A stretch of DNA of 46,923 nucleotides from Salisapilia sapeloensis CBS 127946 (lineage: Eukaryota > Protista > Oomycota): assembly GCA_023334545.1 (NCBI GenBank), contig JAADVB010000152.1:1-46923 (forward strand), read 5' to 3'. Shown one piece after another: positions 41,089 to 46,923 of this stretch (positions within the stretch are counted from its first letter, which is position 1; every line of letters begins with the position of its first letter). The translations under genes were made by a program, and so were the position numbers. The notes beneath the pieces are model-generated. The model worked only from the letters and a program-made list of their open reading frames with translations. It was not told where the DNA came from and did no database searches.

Positions 41089-43005
41089 ATGTCTTCGAAC
41101 GAACCTGCCAAGACCGAGGGCGAGGCTCCCCTCAGCAAGAACGAGCTTAAGCGCCGTCTCAAGGCTGAGAAGGCTGCGAAAGCCAAAGAAGAGAAGGCCA
41201 AGAAGCGTGCCGAGCAAGCCGCCGCAAACCCGAGCTCCAAGCCCAAGCTCGACCAGGATGAAGATTTGGACCCGACGGCGTACTTCGCCAACCGTGAGAA
41301 GGCTCTAGCGGAATTGGAAGCGCAAGGCATCAATCCTTACCCGCACAAGTTCAACGTCACCATCACGTTGCCCGACTTCCACGCCAAGTACTCGGACGTG
41401 GAAGACGGTGCGCACATTGACGACACGGAAGTGTCTGTCGCTGGCCGCGTTCACAGCAAGAGAGCATCCGGACAAAAGCTCGTGTTCTACGACATCCATG
41501 CGGACGGCAAGAAGCTTCAGGTCATGTCGAGTCTAGCCAACTTTGACGGCTCGGAAGAAGAGTTTGCCCAGATTCATAACGTTCTCAAGCGAGGAGACAT
41601 TGTCGGTGTGTCCGGTTCCCCCGGCAAGTCGAAAAAGGGTGAATTGAGCATCTTCCCCAAGAAACTCACGCTCCTATCTCCATGCATGCATATGCTCCCG
41701 ACGGCCCACTACGGCCTCAAACTCTCTGACACGCGCTACCGTCAGCGATACTTGGATTTGATCCTGAACGACGAGACGCGCCACATCTTCGAAACGCGCG
41801 CCAAAATCATCCAGTTCATGCGTTCGTTCCTAGAATCGTACAACTTTTTGGAAGTCGAGACGCCGTTGATGAACATGATTGCTGGAGGTGCCACCGCCAA
41901 GCCGTTCGTGACGTACCACAACGACTTGCACATGAACCTCTTCATGCGTGTTGCCCCGGAATTGTATCTGAAGCAATTGATTATTGGTGGCCTCGACCGC
42001 GTCTACGAGATCGGGCGTCAATTCCGTAATGAAAGCATGGACTTGACGCACAACCCAGAGTTTACCACATGTGAATTTTACCAAGCCTACGCGGACTACA
42101 ACGACCTCATTACGTTCACGGAAGAACTGTTTTCGAAAATGGTGAAACAGATCACAGGTAGCTACCTCTTGACGATTCAGAAAGAAGCGGGTGAGGAACC
42201 GATTACGATTGACTTTGAACCCCCATTCACGCGCGTGAAGATGGTTCCAGCAATTGAAGAAGCAACGGGCACGAAAATCCCGATTGACAAGCCAGAAGAG
42301 TGTACCCAAGTGCTTGAACAGCTTGTGAACAAGTACGGATTGGACTGCTCGCCGCCGCGATCCATTGCTCGACTGTTGGACAAGCTCGTCGAGTACTTTA
42401 TTGAGGACAACAAGGAGTACTGGAAGAAGCCGTTCTTTATTATGGACCACCCGGTCTACAACAGTCCGTTGGCCAAGTACCACCGGGAAACCCCTGGCTT
42501 GACGGAACGCTTTGAACTTTTCTTTGCCGGAAGTGAAATCTGTAACGCGTACACGGAGCTCAACCACCCCAAAATCCAGCGTGAACGTTTCATTGAGCAA
42601 GTGCGACAGGCTGCGGCCGGTGATGACGAAGCCCAACCGCACGACGAAGGTTTCTGTACCGCCATGGAGTACGCGTTGCCGCCAACTGGTGGATGGGGAG
42701 GCGGAATTGACCGCATGACCATGTTCCTGACCAACTGCTTCAACATCAAGGAAGTGCTCTTGTTCCCTGCTATGAAACCGGAAGAGCAACCGAAGGCGGC
42801 TGCAAATGACGAGGTGGATCTGAAGAAACTTGAAGAGACGCTAGCAGACTCGACTTTCTTGAACGGCAAGAGTCCGTCCAAGAAGGATGCGGATACGTAT
42901 GAAAAGGTGGAAAAGATGGAGGTTGACAAGACCAAGTACCCGAATGTGGCCAAGTGGGTCGACTTTGTCGCTGCCTTCCCGCTCGAACTCCGATCGACAT
43001 GGTAA
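41089..43005 (+). CDS. KARS1: Cytosolic class II lysyl-tRNA synthetase, 638 aa, with C-terminal EF1B-like GST appendage
   Basis: [10 protein letters not shown]-terminal helix, OB fold (VAGRV…FYDIH), RYRQRYLDL, motif 2 [15 protein letters not shown] and motif 3 GWGGGIDR. Strong GC3 bias suggests high expression. Confidence 0.97.
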   Translation: MSSNEPAKTEGEAPLSKNELKRRLKAEKAAKAKEEKAKKRAEQAAANPSSKPKLDQDEDLDPTAYFANREKALAELEAQGINPYPHKFNVTITLPDFHAKYSDVEDGAHIDDTEVSVAGRVHSKRASGQKLVFYDIHADGKKLQVMSSLANFDGSEEEFAQIHNVLKRGDIVGVSGSPGKSKKGELSIFPKKLTLLSPCMHMLPTAHYGLKLSDTRYRQRYLDLILNDETRHIFETRAKIIQFMRSFLESYNFLEVETPLMNMIAGGATAKPFVTYHNDLHMNLFMRVAPELYLKQLIIGGLDRVYEIGRQFRNESMDLTHNPEFTTCEFYQAYADYNDLITFTEELFSKMVKQITGSYLLTIQKEAGEEPITIDFEPPFTRVKMVPAIEEATGTKIPIDKPEECTQVLEQLVNKYGLDCSPPRSIARLLDKLVEYFIEDNKEYWKKPFFIMDHPVYNSPLAKYHRETPGLTERFELFFAGSEICNAYTELNHPKIQRERFIEQVRQAAAGDDEAQPHDEGFCTAMEYALPPTGGWGGGIDRMTMFLTNCFNIKEVLLFPAMKPEEQPKAAANDEVDLKKLEETLADSTFLNGKSPSKKDADTYEKVEKMEVDKTKYPNVAKWVDFVAAFPLELRSTW

Positions 43006-43659
43006 AGAAAGAGATAAGAAAGCTAAGAAAGGTTTTTCTTTGCATTGCCTACGTGCCCTGTGACACTTTCGTTGGACTTGTCGCACGAAGGAACACCTGT
43101 GCGACTGACTCGCGTTGGAATTATGCTTGACATCGTCCACCTCTCTATCTATCGAGGATGGCTCCAATGCGGAGAATGAGTGTTTTTACTGACCTGAAGA
43201 TCCGACCAGCTTCCCTTGAAGCTACGTCAATTCGGCCTGCACCCATATCTAATTCCTCCTAATTAGTTTCCATTTCCTACACATCCAGTCGTTTTAGCTT
43301 GTCAGCATGACGATAATCCGTAGCTATTACTTATTAAATCCCTGTGCCTGGACCGTAATCTTCCCTTCGACACGCAACCAAGCGTAGATCGCGCAGTTGA
43401 AAGCTTTAGCAGCGGAGAAGAAAAAGTGACCGCCGTGAGGACGACAGCAAGTCTATAGTACGCCGGTTCGCCCTTCATAGAACTACGTTTTTGCCCCTCT
43501 ATCTAGGACTCTTGGGCTGTCACATCCCTCGCGATTGGCTCCCTAAAAGCCGCACGCTTTTCATTATTCGAGCTCCATTACGTTTGCAAAGTACAGAAGA
43601 ACCAGCGCTGGGATTTTTACCAAATTTGTACCTCAGAAGGAAAATTAGAGACGAACGTC

Positions 43660-45652
43660 ATGCTCTGGACTCCATTGGCTGCCGCCATCATGCTGGCGTC
43701 CAGCTTCGCCACAGCCGCGACGACAGTCAGCTTGCGTCGACATTGGGACCTGCACATCTCCAGTGTCCGGTGGTTATTCATACTCTTGTTCCTTTATCTG
43801 TGGCTGTGGAGCTCGTCCAGAACCGTCTACTGCCTCTGGATGTGGATGCGACCCGCAGATGACGACGACGAGGACACTAGCAACCTAAACGCGATGCAGC
43901 TCGACCAGCTGGTCATGAATGCCATTCTCCACTTACCCGAGTCCGGCAATGGATGGGTCAGTGCAGTCCTCTGCTTTGGCGATGCTGCGCTCTTCGGCGT
44001 CGCCTTGTGGATGATCCCTCTCATGTACGAGTTATCGAAAATTGCCGCAAATGCAATGGATCGAGGTGTCGAGCGAGAGCGAAAAAAAATTAATTTGTAC
44101 TATCGCGTCGTCCACGTCGGTGTCGCTATCTTCGCTGTGACAGAGATTTCCCTAGCGATTGCCTTTGGCGGCTACTCACACGAAACCCACAAGTGTCTTT
44201 TTCTGATTTATGCACTTCAGCTCGCGAGTGTCGTCTACTCTTTGTTCTTGCTCATCAAACTCAATCGCAACGGTCGAAAATATGAGAATGTGCATGGGCA
44301 ATTTATGGCGTCACCGATCTATCAACGGCTTAAACGCATCTTGTACGTATGCCCCACGTTGCCTTTTTCTAGGTACATTTGAAATTCAAAACAGGACTAA
44401 CTGGCTATATAGATTGATTTACGCCCTCTTTTCGCTACAGTTTCAAGTGTGCTCCTTTGTATTGTACGCAGTGCCGACAGCCGCGTCCACGGCGTTCCTG
44501 ACTTATTTTAGCATTAGTCTGTTACTTTATCACGCGACTCCGTTCATGCTATCCATTGCCACATCTTGTAGCCAATTCTGTGTATTACGAACATGCTCCT
44601 GTTGTATGCCATCTGATTTGGAGGCGCAATGTCATTCAAGGTTGATGCACTACGAGTGTGAAGCTCCTCCGTTGTCCATGGATGATGACGCGAATACGCA
44701 AGGAAACGCAGGCCAGGCAAATACGTCGTCCTACGTACCACCGACGACGACAAACTGTGGCACGTCTTCCAATAAGGCCATCACCAGCACCCACAGCACT
44801 GTCTCGATTCCGTATGCATACAGTGCACCTCGCGTCAATCCTGTCTTTGTATTCACGGACATTGAATCCTCCAGTGAACTCTGGGCCATCGGCGACGGCC
44901 GGATCATGCAGCGTGCAACCGAACTGCATGACGACATCCTACGGTCGTCACTTATGAAACATCGAGGGTATGAAATCACGACATGCGGTGACTCGTTCCA
45001 ACTTGCTTTCCATACTATCCGAGAGGCAGTCGAGTACTGTTTGGACATCCAGTTCCAGCTCTTGGCCGCCCCTTGGCCAAAAGATATGCACAACCTAATC
45101 CCGGCAACACAGTACGTGAAGAAACGAGGGCGACTGTTATTTTCCGGGTTGAGGGTTCGGATGGGTATCCACGACGCAGCTGACGCCGACGGTCCGTTGG
45201 TCCACAACACGCACGCCGTGACGGGCAAGATGACGTATACAGGTGCTGCTGAAGTCATTGCGCACGAGTTAGGAGATTTAGGTAGTGGTGGTCAGATTCT
45301 GGTGACGCAGAGGATTGCAGAGTGGGTGAAAGCGTATGAAGATCTATTAGCGATCGATTGTGCAGTAGAACACGTGGGAGACTACTCGATTCCGGCCTTA
45401 CGTACACATCTCGAAATTTTCCAACTGAGTCCGATGGTACTGGTTGGCCGAAAGAAGACATTTGCGATGACGTTGAGGAGGAGAGTGTCGAGCGTATCCT
45501 TCTTTCCGGGCACGCCGTCGACGATAAGTAATAGCAGTCGACAGCGATTGTCGAGCTACGAAGCAGCGAGAAGGCTGTCGAGACACTCGTCCCAAATGTC
45601 CGTGATACTGCCCGAGACAAGCTCTTTTTACCAGAGAGCAACGAGCATGTGA
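43660..45652 (+). CDS. 7TM (GPCR-like) plus class III nucleotide cyclase fusion (GPCR-AC bigram), 640 aa; intron 44343-44412
   Basis: Seven hydrophobic segments continue across a 70-nt intron into FVFTDIESSSELW…YEITTCGDSFQLAF…LRVRMGIH…GGQILVT. Confidence 0.87.
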
Positions 45653-46923
45653 GTTCTGGCCAGGTAGAAATAAAGAAAATGTGGTATAGGATGATACGAG
45701 CGATTAAATTTAAATAAAGAATGTATAGATGCTTTTTCATTGCCAAGTGCACAATGAACAGACAGTAGATATGCTTAGGGAGCTTTGTTTATAGGTCAAG
45801 TGAAGCAATGGTATGAAGCTGGCATACAGTTAGACTTTTGATTGCTCCCGTGATGTCATGCACTTTTATATGAACAAATAAAACCAAGAAATAATTGTAT
45901 CATTTACAAAGTGCTGTAGAGGTGGAGGAAGAATCTAGGCTAGGGCAATCCAAGCATTTATACTACTATGTGGCTAAAAGCCGAATGCGAGTCAATACGA
46001 ATGCACAGAGTGATTATTATTCGACATGCCTTGTTCATATTGATGCTTAGAAATGTAAATGGAAAAGTATAGAACAAAAACATCTCTTGGTGAACTTTTC
46101 GTGGCAGCATTCTGATCGCAGGTCTTCCACTAATGCATATCTTATGGTGCATGATAGAGAGTGAGTCTAGAAAGTTACAGATAGCAGTGACTTGATATAA
46201 AGTTTTTTTCACTTTTTTCTTTCTACCAAGCACTTGATGCTGACACCCAAGCAATGGGCAAACATCAAGTGGCAATGTAGATCCGCTTAATCTTCAGAGC
46301 TGGGTTTTAAGATATGTGGAGGTAAAGATCGTATACGGCGCACTACGAAAGAAAGAAGGATTTGAGGAAAGTCGTCTGGCGTACGAGAAATGGAAAGTTG
46401 GGTTGGGATGAGATCCATAGAATGATTTCTGCTTACGACGGACGAGTATGGCAGGCTACGACGGACGAAGGACAGGTGATGGGTTTTCTAAATCAAGCGA
46501 AGGCGGTAGAAGACATGAAGATTCTAATAAGATACTCAGGCATTCCATTCACTCTTCTTGAACTTCTCGTCATGCTCGGGCATGCAATCAGTACAATTAG
46601 CAGTGCTCAACTATTCTAGGCCAAGACGCGAGGTATCATCGTAGTCACTGAACCAAAGCATATTTGGTTAGAAGACTTGGAGGCTAATGCTCATATTGCT
46701 ACATCTTTCCTTCTGGGTTACCATGACATTAGCTTCCCTTCGTGATCATACCATTTGTCGCTAATGCTGGATGACATTTTCGGCAGTACGTTGCTCATGA
46801 TGCTATTTGCGCTGTCACCGATACTGAGAGCTCCGTTATGTCCGTCCAAGTTCGTAGACACGTGGCCTGGAGGTAAAAGGAAGACACTGATGCTCTCCTT
46901 CTTCATATCTTCACAAAGACTCA

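Noticed and set aside
41830-42789. 319-aa antisense ORF within LysRS
   Set aside because: Shadow ORF caused by strong codon bias on the sense strand; no domain features.
1-46923. CRISPR arrays, rRNA, snRNA, LTRs/TIRs, selenocysteine or recoded stops
   Set aside because: No repeat-spacer arrays, no recognisable structural-RNA signatures and no terminal repeats were seen. All reconstructed genes close in the standard code.

Overview
Gene-dense eukaryotic nuclear DNA, most likely from an oomycete (stramenopile). Support for that assignment: a GPCR-adenylate cyclase fusion, a START-FYVE protein, the oomycete-type MFS sugar transporter and a nuclear SmpB with a mitochondrial-type presequence. I can support about 21 protein-coding genes. 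Nine are spliced; I rebuilt them by hand from 18 short GT-AG introns (51-70 nt) that restore reading frame and family motifs. Several genes are invisible or fragmented in the ORF track: TMEM267, SmpB, dysbindin-like, CASTOR-like, and a 57-aa PMP3. Gene order: partial CDS, secreted RxL-repeat protein, sugar transporter, repeat-rich membrane mucin, TMEM267, SART3/Prp24, Rab22-like GTPase, coiled-coil protein, SmpB, PLP aminotransferase, Tubby, OSCA-1, condensin II H2, START-FYVE, dysbindin-like, OSCA-2, CASTOR-like, PMP3, RING-H2, lysyl-tRNA synthetase, GPCR-cyclase. I found no rRNA, intact tRNA, CRISPR array or recognisable intact transposon. The best leads are: a small secreted protein punctuated by six R-x-L motifs (possible multi-peptide precursor); a CASTOR-like protein that appears to keep the arginine-pocket motifs; two inverted OSCA paralogues sharing a 10-cysteine inserted domain; a GPCR-cyclase lacking key catalytic residues; and a LysRS with an appended EF1B-like GST domain. 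All family assignments come from recalled motifs; no database search was run.
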